Origin: Elusimicrobiota bacterium
GTDB taxonomy: Bacteria > Elusimicrobiota > Elusimicrobia > Elusimicrobiales > UBA9959
NCBI GenBank assembly: GCA_027340875.1
Contig: DAIENX010000091.1
Location: 1-59,291 of the forward strand
DNA length: 59,291 nt
Direction of reading: 5' to 3'
Shown one piece after another: positions 32,381 to 41,721 of the stretch; within the stretch, counting starts at the first letter, position 1, and every line of letters begins with the position of its first letter. A program made the translations under genes and the position numbers. The notes beneath the pieces were generated by a model. The model had not been told where the DNA came from and did not search any database. It was given only the letters and a program-made list of their open reading frames with translations.

Positions 32381-33942
32381 GCTCTCTTCTCCTTGACCAG
32401 CGCGGCGAAGGCCTCCGCGGCCGCGGAGCGCTTCTTCAGGAAGTCTTCCGCCGTGTCGTGGAAGCGCCAGGTCCAGTTGTGGTCGCCCAGCGTGCCCGGC
32501 GTGTTGACCCTGTCCTTGGAGCCCACGATGTCCTGTATCGGCAGCACCACGATGCGCGAGCCGGCACCGAGCAGGGAGGACAGCGCCCTGGCGTGCGCCT
32601 TCGAGTAGGCCGGCGGCGCGCTCTCCTCCCCGGAGACGAGCTTCCAGAAGAGCTTCTTTTCCGCGTGGTCCACGGTGTCCCACCAGTCGGCCAGCGGCTC
32701 GTTGTCGTGCGTGGAGGAAGTGGCCAGCGAGACCGGGATATAGTCCTTCGGGTCGGTGTAGTTCCCGTCGTGCCCCTTCTCCCAGCGCATCACCTTGTAG
32801 CCGGGGATGTTGAGTTCCCGCAGGACCTCGCGCACGTAGGGGGGGATGACGCCGAGGTCCTCGGCCACCGGCAGCATGGCGCTGGCGCCGGCCACCGCTT
32901 CCAGGAAGCGCTTGCCGCGGCCGCGCTGGCCGTGCTCGTCGCGGATGTCGAAGTCCGGCCGGCGGGAGACGTCTCGCGGGATCACCCAGGTGCGGAAGAA
33001 GCCGACCATGTGGTCTATCCTGAACAGGTCGTAGAAATCTGCTGCCTTGCGCACCTTGGAGCGCCACCAGTCGAAATTGTTCCCTTCCACCGCGGCCCAC
33101 CGGTAGGCTGGCAGACCCCAGCGCTGGCCGGTCTCGCTGAAGGCGTCCGGCGGGGCGCCTATCTCGCAGTCGATGTCGAACTCGCCCTGCCGGCTCCAGA
33201 CGTCGGCGCTCTCCTGGTTGACCATGAAGGGGAGGTCTCCGAGCAGGCTTATGCCCAGGCGGCCGGCGCGGGCCTTGGCCGCGGTCCACTGCCTGTGCAG
33301 GCACCACTGCAGGTACTTGAAGAATATTATCTGCGTTTCCTCGCGCTTGTGCAGGTCGGCCAGGGCGTCGCCGTGGCGCGAGCGCAGCGGGGATTCCCAG
33401 TGCGTCCAGGAGGTCCAGTCGTGGGTGTCCTTTAGCCGGCGGAAGACGGCGTAGTCGTCCAGCCAGGCGGAGTTGGCGCGGCAGAAGGAGCGGAACTCCC
33501 CGGCGAAGGCGGTGTCCTTGAGTATATGGTTCTGGTGGAACCAGGTATAGAGCTTCCAGAGGGCCGTGAACTTCAGGTGCCGCACCTCGTTGTAGAGCAC
33601 CGTGCCCGAGGAGCGCAGCTTCCTGACCTCGGCGCGGAAGCGGCGCGAATTCAGCCCGCTCCTGACCTCCGCCGCGTCCTTGAGCTCGGGCAGCTCGTCC
33701 ACCGCTATGTAGATAGGGTCGAGAGCGAAGGCCGAGAGCGCGGTGTAGGGGCAGGAGACGCCGGGGGGCATCTCGTTCATCGGCAGCACCTGCAGCAGGT
33801 TCAGGTTCAGCTCCTTCAGCGCGTCGAACCAGAGCGTCATCGAGCCTACGTCCCCGATGCCCCAGTCCTTGCGGTGGCGCATCGAGAACAGCGGGAACAG
33901 CGTCCCGGTGTGCTTCTTTTCCAGCAGCGGGTGCATGCTCAT
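32377..33942 (-). CDS. malQ: 4-alpha-glucanotransferase (amylomaltase, GH77)
   Basis: GDLP, GAPPD.FS..GQ.WG.P, RIDH, AEDLG, THDN and NTPGT..NW.W motifs. Confidence 0.93.
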   Translation of the reverse strand: MSMHPLLEKKHTGTLFPLFSMRHRKDWGIGDVGSMTLWFDALKELNLNLLQVLPMNEMPPGVSCPYTALSAFALDPIYIAVDELPELKDAAEVRSGLNSRRFRAEVRKLRSSGTVLYNEVRHLKFTALWKLYTWFHQNHILKDTAFAGEFRSFCRANSAWLDDYAVFRRLKDTHDWTSWTHWESPLRSRHGDALADLHKREETQIIFFKYLQWCLHRQWTAAKARAGRLGISLLGDLPFMVNQESADVWSRQGEFDIDCEIGAPPDAFSETGQRWGLPAYRWAAVEGNNFDWWRSKVRKAADFYDLFRIDHMVGFFRTWVIPRDVSRRPDFDIRDEHGQRGRGKRFLEAVAGASAMLPVAEDLGVIPPYVREVLRELNIPGYKVMRWEKGHDGNYTDPKDYIPVSLATSSTHDNEPLADWWDTVDHAEKKLFWKLVSGEESAPPAYSKAHARALSSLLGAGSRIVVLPIQDIVGSKDRVNTPGTLGDHNWTWRFHDTAEDFLKKRSAAAEAFAALVKEKRA

Positions 33943-34316
33943 TACCTGGCGGCTACTGCCTCTATCTCCACCAGCGCGCCCTTCGGCAGCGCCTTCACTT
34001 CCACGGTGGCCCTGGCCGGCGGGTTCTTGGAGAAGAAAGCGGCGTAGACCTCGTTCATCTTCGCGAACTGGCCGAGGTCGGTCATGAAGACGGTGGTCTT
34101 CAGCACGCTCTCCGGGGCGAGCCCGGCGGCGCGGAGTATCGCGCCCACGTTCTTCAGCGCGGCCTGCGTCTGGCCGGCTATGTCCGCCGGCATGGCGCCG
34201 GTGGCCGGGTCCACGGGCAGCTGGCCGGAGACGAAGACGAGCCCGGCGGCCTCCACGGCCTGCGAATAAGGGCAGATCGCGGCCGGAGCTTCATTGGTGG
34301 CGATGATCTTCTTCAT
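33942..34316 (-). CDS. ridA: RidA/YjgF enamine deaminase
   Basis: PYSQA, FVSGQLP, MNEVY..FF..PARA.V and LP.GALVEIE. Confidence 0.92.
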   Translation of the reverse strand: MKKIIATNEAPAAICPYSQAVEAAGLVFVSGQLPVDPATGAMPADIAGQTQAALKNVGAILRAAGLAPESVLKTTVFMTDLGQFAKMNEVYAAFFSKNPPARATVEVKALPKGALVEIEAVAAR

Positions 34317-34319
34317 GTT

Positions 34320-34514
34320 TCACCTCTTGGCAGTGCGGACGAAATTCTCCGCGGAACGATCGTACGTGCGCTCCGCTTCGGGGGAGAAAACGCACCCTGG
34401 CAGCTCGCCGGCCGCGCGGTGGTACGCCACGCAGTCGCAGCAGACGCCCTTGCGCGGGCAGGGCTCGTAGGTGCAGGTGCAGCGCTCCAGGTTGGTCTCT
34501 TTCTTGCAGTTCAT
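34320..34514 (-). CDS. Small Cys-rich protein (DUF6485-like)
   Basis: CTCTYEPCPRKG.CC.CV.YH...ELPGC.F..EAE.TYDRS pattern; GGAGG RBS. Confidence 0.75.
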   Translation of the reverse strand: MNCKKETNLERCTCTYEPCPRKGVCCDCVAYHRAAGELPGCVFSPEAERTYDRSAENFVRTAKR

Positions 34515-34691
34515 GGTCCCTCCGCCCGCCGGCGCTTTTATATTAAAGGATATCTTATCAAAAGCCTGGGGCGCAATTCAGGGGCGCGGCCCGGAAAAAA
34601 TCGCGGGGGGGGGGCTGGCGGAAACCGGAAAAAGCGTCTATACTATACACGTGGACGCGGCGACGGTTTTTTCAGGCAGCTGGCGGAAATT

Positions 34692-36320
34692 ATGGAAAGG
34701 AACTCTTCCGGTCCTCTGCGCTGGGTAATGCTCGGCCTGTTCATCCTCCTGATGGGCGGCTTCCTTTCCGCCGTCCATCTAAGCAGCCTCTCGCGCCAGC
34801 AGGGGATGATGAACGGCGGCTTCGGCTATCGCGGCACCGCGCCGGAAGCCTCGTCCGGAGCGCAGGCCACCGCCGGCGGCGTGGCGTCATCCTCCTCTTC
34901 TCCGGAACGCTCCAGGTCCTTCTCCGAAAAAGTATCGAACCTTGCCGACAGCCTGCTCTCCTGGCTCGGCGGCAAGCCGGGGCCCGGCGGCTCCGCCGCT
35001 GTCGCCCAGCGCCCGCCGGACGATGAGGGCGGCTCCGCTTCCGGAGAACGCGATCCTTTCGAGGAGTTCTACAGCAAATATTACGGCCATTCCTCGGCCG
35101 CGTCCTCGCCTCCCAGCGGCGGCTCATCCGCTTTCGGCGGCTTCTCCTCTGTTTCGGGGGCTTCCGCCTCCGCTCCTGCCGCGGCCTCCGCTCAGCATGC
35201 GTCCGCCGGCCCCGTCGCCGCGGCGGCTCCTGCACCGCAGGCGCAGCCGGGTAAGCCGCTTTTCGGAGGGCCGCTCGGTCGTTCCGGCGGCCGGCCTTCT
35301 CCGCTCCAGGCCTCTCTTCCTTCCGGCGGTCTTCCCAGGCCGCCGGCTTCGGTCTCGGGTTCCGGCGGCCTGCCTGGTCTTCCGTCCGAACAGCGCGACG
35401 GCCGCGGTTCCAGCGGCGGGTCCGTTTCGGGGATGCGCGGCAGCGTGGCCGCCGGGGACCTGAACGACGCTTCTTCCGCGCTGCGCGGCGGCGCGCAGAG
35501 CGAATATTCGGGCAAAATGTCGCAGGGCGCGGCCGCCGTGGCTTCCGGTTCCGGCGGTTCCGGCGGCGGCGGTTCCTCGGCTCCGGCGGCTGCCTCCGTG
35601 GGCGGCGGCTCTTCCGGAGACGGCTCCTCCTCCGGAACGCCTACTCCGTCCGCGGCTTCCGGCGGCGACAAGAAGCCCGGGGACGACAAGAAGTCCGGGG
35701 ACCAGAAGTCCTCTCCGGCCGGGGATGATTTCGGCGGATATAACGTCTATTCCACCGGGGCAGGGCCCGAGCAGAACTTCATGAAGTCCGTGGCCGTGGA
35801 GCGGCGCAACGGCGACGAGGCGAAATACCTCGCGGAGGCGGACTATAAAGGCATGCCCGAGAGGTCCCTGCTGAAGTCCGGCGGCATGCCGGCGGAGTAC
35901 GACGACAAGGACCAGAAGGCTTCCGACCAGCCGGCAGCCGACCGCGCAGGCGACATGAAGGACCTCTCTTTCGAGAAGAAGCGCGTTCCGCGCCCTCCCG
36001 ACCCCGAGAACTTCTCCGAGCTGACCGGCGAGCGAAAAGCCCAGTTGAAGCAGAGGATACACCGCTTCATCAGGCGCTTCGAGAACAAGTACGGGCCGAT
36101 GTCGGATATCTTCTTCACGCAGTGCCTGAACGATAAGGAGCTTTGCGAGAAGCATTCCCTGAAGGAAGGCTATCTCACCGAGGCCACGTCCACCGACGCC
36201 AAGCTGGTCCTGGGGCTCAAGTACTCCAGGAAGCGCTGGCGCCCCTACACCGTTTCCGTCACGCTGCCCGGCACGATGCTGGCGCAGGAGGAAGACGGCG
36301 ACGCTCCGCAGTCCCGATAG
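34692..36320 (+). CDS. Membrane-anchored Gly/Ser/Ala-rich hypothetical protein
   Basis: N-terminal TM (WVMLGLFILLMGGFL), long low-complexity linker, charged C-terminal domain. Confidence 0.75.
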   Translation: MERNSSGPLRWVMLGLFILLMGGFLSAVHLSSLSRQQGMMNGGFGYRGTAPEASSGAQATAGGVASSSSSPERSRSFSEKVSNLADSLLSWLGGKPGPGGSAAVAQRPPDDEGGSASGERDPFEEFYSKYYGHSSAASSPPSGGSSAFGGFSSVSGASASAPAAASAQHASAGPVAAAAPAPQAQPGKPLFGGPLGRSGGRPSPLQASLPSGGLPRPPASVSGSGGLPGLPSEQRDGRGSSGGSVSGMRGSVAAGDLNDASSALRGGAQSEYSGKMSQGAAAVASGSGGSGGGGSSAPAAASVGGGSSGDGSSSGTPTPSAASGGDKKPGDDKKSGDQKSSPAGDDFGGYNVYSTGAGPEQNFMKSVAVERRNGDEAKYLAEADYKGMPERSLLKSGGMPAEYDDKDQKASDQPAADRAGDMKDLSFEKKRVPRPPDPENFSELTGERKAQLKQRIHRFIRRFENKYGPMSDIFFTQCLNDKELCEKHSLKEGYLTEATSTDAKLVLGLKYSRKRWRPYTVSVTLPGTMLAQEEDGDAPQSR

Positions 36321-36555
36321 GAGCCTGTCCGGCATAAGCGATTTCGTCTGCAATTGCCGCTTTTGGCCGTCTGAAGAGCATAGCTCCTGTTACGGCACGG
36401 CCATAGACCAGGCCTGCGCCTTTGCGCCGCTCAGCTTACAGCCTCTAGTTGAGGATGCTCGCTTCGGCCTGTTTTTCCTGAATTGTGTCGCTTCGCTCCA
36501 CCCGTCAACAAAGCCGTCAATTTCGCCATGAAAGTCTTATGTCGGACAGGCTCCT
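36319..36555. mobile_element. MITE-like non-autonomous element (about 237 bp)
   Basis: 20-bp terminal inverted repeats AGGAGCCTGTCCGGCATAAG and CTTATGTCGGACAGGCTCCT (19/20 match); no ORF; internal segments shared with the 12.4-12.6 kb element. Confidence 0.7.
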
Positions 36556-36608
36556 GGCGCTTCCCGGCGCCTTGCCCTCTAACCTGTTAATTGGCGATAA
36601 TAGTATGG

Positions 36609-37961
36609 ATGCGTGATACCGTGCATTTCTCCGGCATAGGCGGCGTCGGCATGAGCGCGCTGGCCCAGGTGGCGGCCATGGAAGGCCGCAGGGTCAGCGG
36701 CTCGGACCGGGATTTCGACCGCGGCCGGAATCTCGCCGTCAAAGCGGCGCTGGAAAAGCTCGGCGTCAAGGTGCTGCCCCAGGACGGTTCCGCCATCAAC
36801 GGTTCCGTCTCCGAACTGGTGCTCTCCACCGCCATAGAGGACAGCAGCCCCGAGGTCAGGAAGGCCAGGGAGCTGGGCCTGCCCATAACTCACCGCTCCG
36901 AGCTGCTGGCCGCCAAGGTGGGCGAGGCCGATACCCTAGCCGTGGCCGGGACCAGCGGCAAATCGACCGTCGCCGCGATGATCTTCACCGTGCTCGAGGC
37001 CGCTGGCCTCGAGCCTTCCATAATAACCGGCGGAGCGCTGGGAGCTCTGAGGGAGCGAGGCTTTATAGGCAACGCCTGGCGGGGCCGGGGCAAGGTGCTG
37101 GTGGTGGAGGCCGACGAGTCAGACGGCACCATAGTCCGCTACCGTCCCCGCACCGGGGTGCTGCTCAACATCAGCAAGGACCACAAGGACGTGGAGGTGC
37201 TCAACGGCATCTTCGCCGAGTTCGCCGGCCATTGCGGCCGCCTGCTCGTCAACGCCGACGACCCGGCGGCCAGGTCGCTGCTGCCGTCCGCGCCGGCCTT
37301 CGGCTTCGATTCGCCCGGCTGGAAGGTCACGGATATAGCGCCCGGCCCCTTCTCTTCCGGGTTCCGGATAAACGGCGTCCCGTTCGAGCTGCCGTCCCCG
37401 GGACGCTACAATATCGAGAACGCGCTGGCGGCCTGCGCCGCGGCTTCTCTCTACGGCGTATCGCTGGACGCCTGTGCCGCCGCCCTCAGGGGCTACCGCG
37501 GCGTGGAGCGCCGCTTCGTGCTGGTGGGGGAGAGGAAAGGCGTTACCGTCATCGACGATTACGCCCACAACCCGGCCAAGGTGGCCGCCCTGCTGGCGGC
37601 CCTGCACCAGGCTCCCGGCCGCCGGGTGCTGGCGGTATACCAGCCGCACGGCTTCACGCCTACCCGGCACCTGAAGGACGAACTGATAGAGAGCTTCGCC
37701 TCCGGCCTCAACCCGGAGGATATGCTGATAATGCCGGAGATATATTATGCCGGCGGCACCGTCACGAAGAACATCTCCTCGAAGGACATCGCCGACGCGG
37801 TGGCCGGCCGGGGCCGGAAGACGGCCTTCTACGAGAACAGGGCCGACGTGCCAGCCGCGCTGGCGGGTCTTGCCAGGCCGGGAGATATAATAGCCGTGAT
37901 GGGCGCGCGCGACGCCACGCTGGCGGACTTCGCCCGCCAGATACTGGAGGCGCTGCCCTGA
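36609..37961 (+). CDS. murC: UDP-N-acetylmuramate--L-alanine ligase (MurC/Mpl family)
   Basis: GIGGVGMSALA, GTSGKST, EADESDG, GVERRF, DDYAHNP and QPH motifs. Confidence 0.85.
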   Translation: MRDTVHFSGIGGVGMSALAQVAAMEGRRVSGSDRDFDRGRNLAVKAALEKLGVKVLPQDGSAINGSVSELVLSTAIEDSSPEVRKARELGLPITHRSELLAAKVGEADTLAVAGTSGKSTVAAMIFTVLEAAGLEPSIITGGALGALRERGFIGNAWRGRGKVLVVEADESDGTIVRYRPRTGVLLNISKDHKDVEVLNGIFAEFAGHCGRLLVNADDPAARSLLPSAPAFGFDSPGWKVTDIAPGPFSSGFRINGVPFELPSPGRYNIENALAACAAASLYGVSLDACAAALRGYRGVERRFVLVGERKGVTVIDDYAHNPAKVAALLAALHQAPGRRVLAVYQPHGFTPTRHLKDELIESFASGLNPEDMLIMPEIYYAGGTVTKNISSKDIADAVAGRGRKTAFYENRADVPAALAGLARPGDIIAVMGARDATLADFARQILEALP

Positions 37962-38029
37962 CGCCGGGAGCGGCCTTCTTTACGTTTTCCCGCCGGATGC
38001 GGCGGCCAGACTAAGCAACGGAGACAGAT

Positions 38030-39223
38030 ATGAAACCAGCAAAGATTACCGACGGGGTCTACTCGCTGAGGGTCAACCATTTCAACCGGAAGCTGTTCGA
38101 CTCGCTGATACCGCTGCCGGAAGGGACCAGTTACAACGCCTATCTGGTGAAGGGCTCGGAGAAAACCGCCCTGCTGGACACCGCGGACCCGGAGAAGGCG
38201 GAAGTCCTCTTCGATTTCCTGCGGGACGAGGAGCGGGTCGACTATATAATCGCGCACCACGCGGAACAGGACCATTCGGGCTCCATACCGCTGCTGCTCC
38301 GGAAATATCCGGACGCCAAGATCGTGACCAATCCCAAGTGCCGCGAGTTCCTGATGACGCACCTGCACGCTCCTGCCGACAGGTTCGTGGAGGTCAAGGA
38401 CGGGGATACGCTGGACCTCGGCGGCAAGACGCTCGAGTTCGTCTACCTGCCGTGGGTGCACTGGCCCGAGACGATGGGCACCTACCTGCGCGAGGAAAAG
38501 GTGCTGTTCTCCTGCGACTTCTTCGGCTCCCACCTGGCCACCGGCGAGCTGTTCTCCGAGGAGCACCGCGTCTACGACCCGATGAAGCGCTATTTCGCGG
38601 AGATCATGATGCCGTTCCGCTCCAACATCAAGTCCCATCTGGAGAAGCTGGCCAAATACGAGATCAAGTTCATCTGCCCCAGCCACGGGCCGGTCCACTG
38701 CAACACCAAGTTCGTGATGGACATATACCGCGACTGGGCCGTAGGAGAGCCCCGCAGCAAGGTCGTGGTGGCCTATGTCTCCATGCACGGCAGCACCTAC
38801 ATGCTGGTCAACCGCCTGGTCAGCCGCCTGCAGGAGGCGGGGATATGCGTGGAGAAGCTGAACCTCGACCAGATGGACGAGGGACGCGTGGCCATGTCGC
38901 TGGTCGACGCCGCCACCATAGTTATAGGAACCCCCACCGTGCTGACCGGCCCCCACCCGAAGGTCGTCTACGCGACCTTCCTCGCGAACCTTATCAGGCC
39001 CAAGGCCAGGTTCGTCTCCATAGTAGGCTCTTTCGGCTGGGGTGGAAAGGCCGTGGAGACCATAGCCGGGATGATCCCCAACATAAAGGCGGAGGTCCTC
39101 AAGCCGGTGATGATAAAGGGCATGCCGACCGAGGCCGACCTGAAGCTGGTGGACGAGCTGGCCGCGCTGATAGCGCAGAAGCACGCCGGCCTGCCGGAAT
39201 GCGCCTGCGTTCCGGTCTGCTAG
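38030..39223 (+). CDS. fprA: Flavodiiron protein (FprA family)
   Basis: GTSYNAY, HAEQDHSG, HWPET, SCDFFG, PSHG and flavodoxin SMHGST..GSFGWGG. Confidence 0.92.
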   Translation: MKPAKITDGVYSLRVNHFNRKLFDSLIPLPEGTSYNAYLVKGSEKTALLDTADPEKAEVLFDFLRDEERVDYIIAHHAEQDHSGSIPLLLRKYPDAKIVTNPKCREFLMTHLHAPADRFVEVKDGDTLDLGGKTLEFVYLPWVHWPETMGTYLREEKVLFSCDFFGSHLATGELFSEEHRVYDPMKRYFAEIMMPFRSNIKSHLEKLAKYEIKFICPSHGPVHCNTKFVMDIYRDWAVGEPRSKVVVAYVSMHGSTYMLVNRLVSRLQEAGICVEKLNLDQMDEGRVAMSLVDAATIVIGTPTVLTGPHPKVVYATFLANLIRPKARFVSIVGSFGWGGKAVETIAGMIPNIKAEVLKPVMIKGMPTEADLKLVDELAALIAQKHAGLPECACVPVC

Positions 39224-39268
39224 GCGCCTGGGGGCGTGCCGTGGCGCCCGCCCCTGTCCATCTGGGTC

Positions 39269-39297
39269 TTGAAAATACCGGTTCCGTCTGCTAGACT
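39269..39297 (+). promoter_or_regulatory. Putative sigma70 promoter
   Basis: TTGAAA-N17-TAGACT with TG extension. Confidence 0.55.
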
Positions 39298-39388
39298 CTA
39301 TTTGTAAAAGTACCTGATTTTTCAGTTTCCCCCGCGGGGGGAAGGGTGAAAAGCGGGCATGCTTTTTTGTCAATGTCCGGGGGAGTCT

Positions 39389-40609
39389 ATGACGTACAAC
39401 TCTAACAGCAGGAAAAAGACCCTACTGATATCCATGCTGGCCTTCCTGCTGGTCGGCGGGTCGATATTCCTTTTCTTCGTGGTGCAGGGCGCCGATGAAC
39501 TGACCGGCAAGAACAAGAACAAGAGCTTCTCGTACGGCGACGCCGCCAGGGAGGGCGTCTCCTCCTTCTTCAAGTCGGTGGGGATATTGCCGGAAGAGGA
39601 GAAGAAGCTTTCCGACTCCGCGGTCAGCCGGCTGGATACGCGCGGTCTGCCGCTCAGCGATCTGGGCCTCGGCGGCGCAAAAACGGATATTTCCGACTGG
39701 ATGGCCAAGGACGGTTCCAGGACCTCGGCCTCGGCTTCCGCTTCGCGTCCGTCCGCCCCCGCCAATATCGCGAAAATGGCCCAGAAGCCGCTGTCCGGCG
39801 TCGGCGGCTCCGGCGGCGCCGGTTCCAAGTCCTCCGCGGGGCTGTCGCGCTTCGGCGAAGGTTCCGGGTCCGGAGAAGCCTCCGTGTCCGCTTCCGCGGG
39901 CGCAGGCAAGGCCGGTACTACGGACAAGGGCACCATGGCATCTCTCAAGAACGCCCGGGCGCTGCTGAGCCAGGGTCTGCAGTCCGGCTCGGCCATGACT
40001 GCCAAGGACAAATGGAACCAGAGCTTCGGCGCCGGCGGGGCGAAGACCGCCAATGGCGGGCAGCTGGCCTACAACAAGTCAGGTATGGTAAGCCTGGACA
40101 AGATAAAGAGCGGCGAGATCGAGAGCCTGAAGATGGACAAGGCCAACACCTTCGGCGCTCCCGACGTGCCCAAGATGGAGAAGGCCGCCGGCGCCAACGA
40201 GATAGACCAGGATACGAAGAAGAAAGAGGACATGAAGGCCGAGATGAACAAGCAGATAATGGAGGGCGCCATCAAATCCATGGGCGACGCCATGGAAAAA
40301 TCGATGAAGGATAGGCCTGGCGATCCTGCGGCCGATAGGGCCGATTCGTCCAGGCCTCCCGACGCCGTCATGAACGCCTCGGAGAATGTCACCTGCGAAA
40401 AGGGCTGTACCACCGGCTCGGGGGCGAAATACACGGATGCTGCCAGGGTCTTCACCCAGAACGGGGACGGCAACTGGGAATGCGACATCAACGGCACCCA
40501 GGTGGATCCCGGACCGCCGGAGACCACGATCTCTTATACTGATACCATCACTTACAAGCCAGACGGCACGGTGATGGACATTACGTCGATCGAGAATCCG
40601 GTGAAGTGA
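39389..40609 (+). CDS. Membrane-anchored Gly/Ser-rich array protein 1
   Basis: Basic N-terminus plus TM; low-complexity linker; small Cys-containing C-terminal domain; GGGAG RBS. Confidence 0.8.
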   Translation: MTYNSNSRKKTLLISMLAFLLVGGSIFLFFVVQGADELTGKNKNKSFSYGDAAREGVSSFFKSVGILPEEEKKLSDSAVSRLDTRGLPLSDLGLGGAKTDISDWMAKDGSRTSASASASRPSAPANIAKMAQKPLSGVGGSGGAGSKSSAGLSRFGEGSGSGEASVSASAGAGKAGTTDKGTMASLKNARALLSQGLQSGSAMTAKDKWNQSFGAGGAKTANGGQLAYNKSGMVSLDKIKSGEIESLKMDKANTFGAPDVPKMEKAAGANEIDQDTKKKEDMKAEMNKQIMEGAIKSMGDAMEKSMKDRPGDPAADRADSSRPPDAVMNASENVTCEKGCTTGSGAKYTDAARVFTQNGDGNWECDINGTQVDPGPPETTISYTDTITYKPDGTVMDITSIENPVK

Positions 40610-40632
40610 TAGAACGGGCCTGGGGGCGGCCC

Positions 40633-40661
40633 TTGACAAGTCAAATTCCGTCTGCTATAAC
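40633..40661 (+). promoter_or_regulatory. Putative sigma70 promoter
   Basis: TTGACA-N17-TATAAC with TG extension. Confidence 0.7.
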
Positions 40662-40760
40662 ATCATTGCGTCAACTTTGACCTGAACGCCCGAGGGGGCT
40701 GTGTCAGGAAAAGTTTAAAGTTATTTTTGCGGTCTCAGGCGGCAATAAAAGGGCGGGGTT

Positions 40761-41696
40761 ATGATAAACTTCCAGGCCAAGCAGAACAAGACCAAGCAGT
40801 ACGCCATAGGCGCTTCTGTGGCCGTGGTGATGATAGCCATGTGGATCTCGCTGCCGCTGATGAGCAACTCCTCGCTGGATTCTTCTGTTACTGCCGGAAA
40901 CCCCTTCAAGTCCAAGGTGGCCGACATCGGCCTGCTGGGCAGCGATATCTCTTCCGAGGCCGGCGCCCCCGGTTCCCCGCTTAGCGGCGAGATGATATAC
41001 AACCCCGCCACCTCCGGGGAGAACATAGCCTCTTCCCTTTTCCAGTCCGGTCCCGGCGGCGATGAGCCCACCGACGGCTCCGCGGCTTCTTCGGCTTCCG
41101 GCGTTTCCGCCTCGGCGGGGGTTTCCGCCCCGGCCCCCGGCGGCTCGGCTTCCGCCGGCGCCCCCGGCCCGGCCGGCAAGCTGCGGGCCGCCGCCTCCAT
41201 AACGGCGGGCAACTCCAATTCCATGACGGCGGGCGGCCTGCACAGCAAGTTCTTCGGCTCCGGCAACAATAAGGCGGAGTTCGCGCCCGTGGCCCCAGCC
41301 GACATGAAGAAGCCGCCTGTGGTCGACAAGAAGAATTCGCTCGCTTCCGTCCTGAACGACAGCTCCAAGAAGAGCGAGCTGGCCGCCAAGATGCCCTCCA
41401 TGGACGAGGCCAGGGGCGGCGCCAGCGCGGCTTTCGGTTCTGGCGGTACCGGAGCCAAGAGCATGGACCTGAACGGCGCCGCCGAGCAGGCGGCCGTTAT
41501 GTCCGGCCTGAAGATGGGGGAGGCGGCCCAGGACCTCAAGAGGAACGATCCCAACCTCAGCAAGAGCAAGGTGACACCTCCTACCCCTAAGGACGTCACC
41601 GATAAAGACGAGGAAATGAAGCAGCAGATGAAGATGATGATAATACAGATGGTCCTTAAAATGGTCCTCGGCGCTGTTTTCGGGGCAGTGGCGTAA
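40761..41696 (+). CDS. Membrane-anchored Gly/Ser-rich array protein 2
   Basis: N-terminal TM, Ser/Ala/Gly linker, LKRNDPNL..KDV and a Met-rich hydrophobic C-terminal helix. Confidence 0.82.
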   Translation: MINFQAKQNKTKQYAIGASVAVVMIAMWISLPLMSNSSLDSSVTAGNPFKSKVADIGLLGSDISSEAGAPGSPLSGEMIYNPATSGENIASSLFQSGPGGDEPTDGSAASSASGVSASAGVSAPAPGGSASAGAPGPAGKLRAAASITAGNSNSMTAGGLHSKFFGSGNNKAEFAPVAPADMKKPPVVDKKNSLASVLNDSSKKSELAAKMPSMDEARGGASAAFGSGGTGAKSMDLNGAAEQAAVMSGLKMGEAAQDLKRNDPNLSKSKVTPPTPKDVTDKDEEMKQQMKMMIIQMVLKMVLGAVFGAVA

Positions 41697-41721
41697 GTAG
41701 ATACTGGATTCTGGAGGAGTT

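Noticed and set aside
36366..36375. GCCGTCTGAA, identical to the Neisseria DNA uptake sequence
   Set aside because: I noticed only one copy, inside a repeat element; real uptake sequences are highly abundant.
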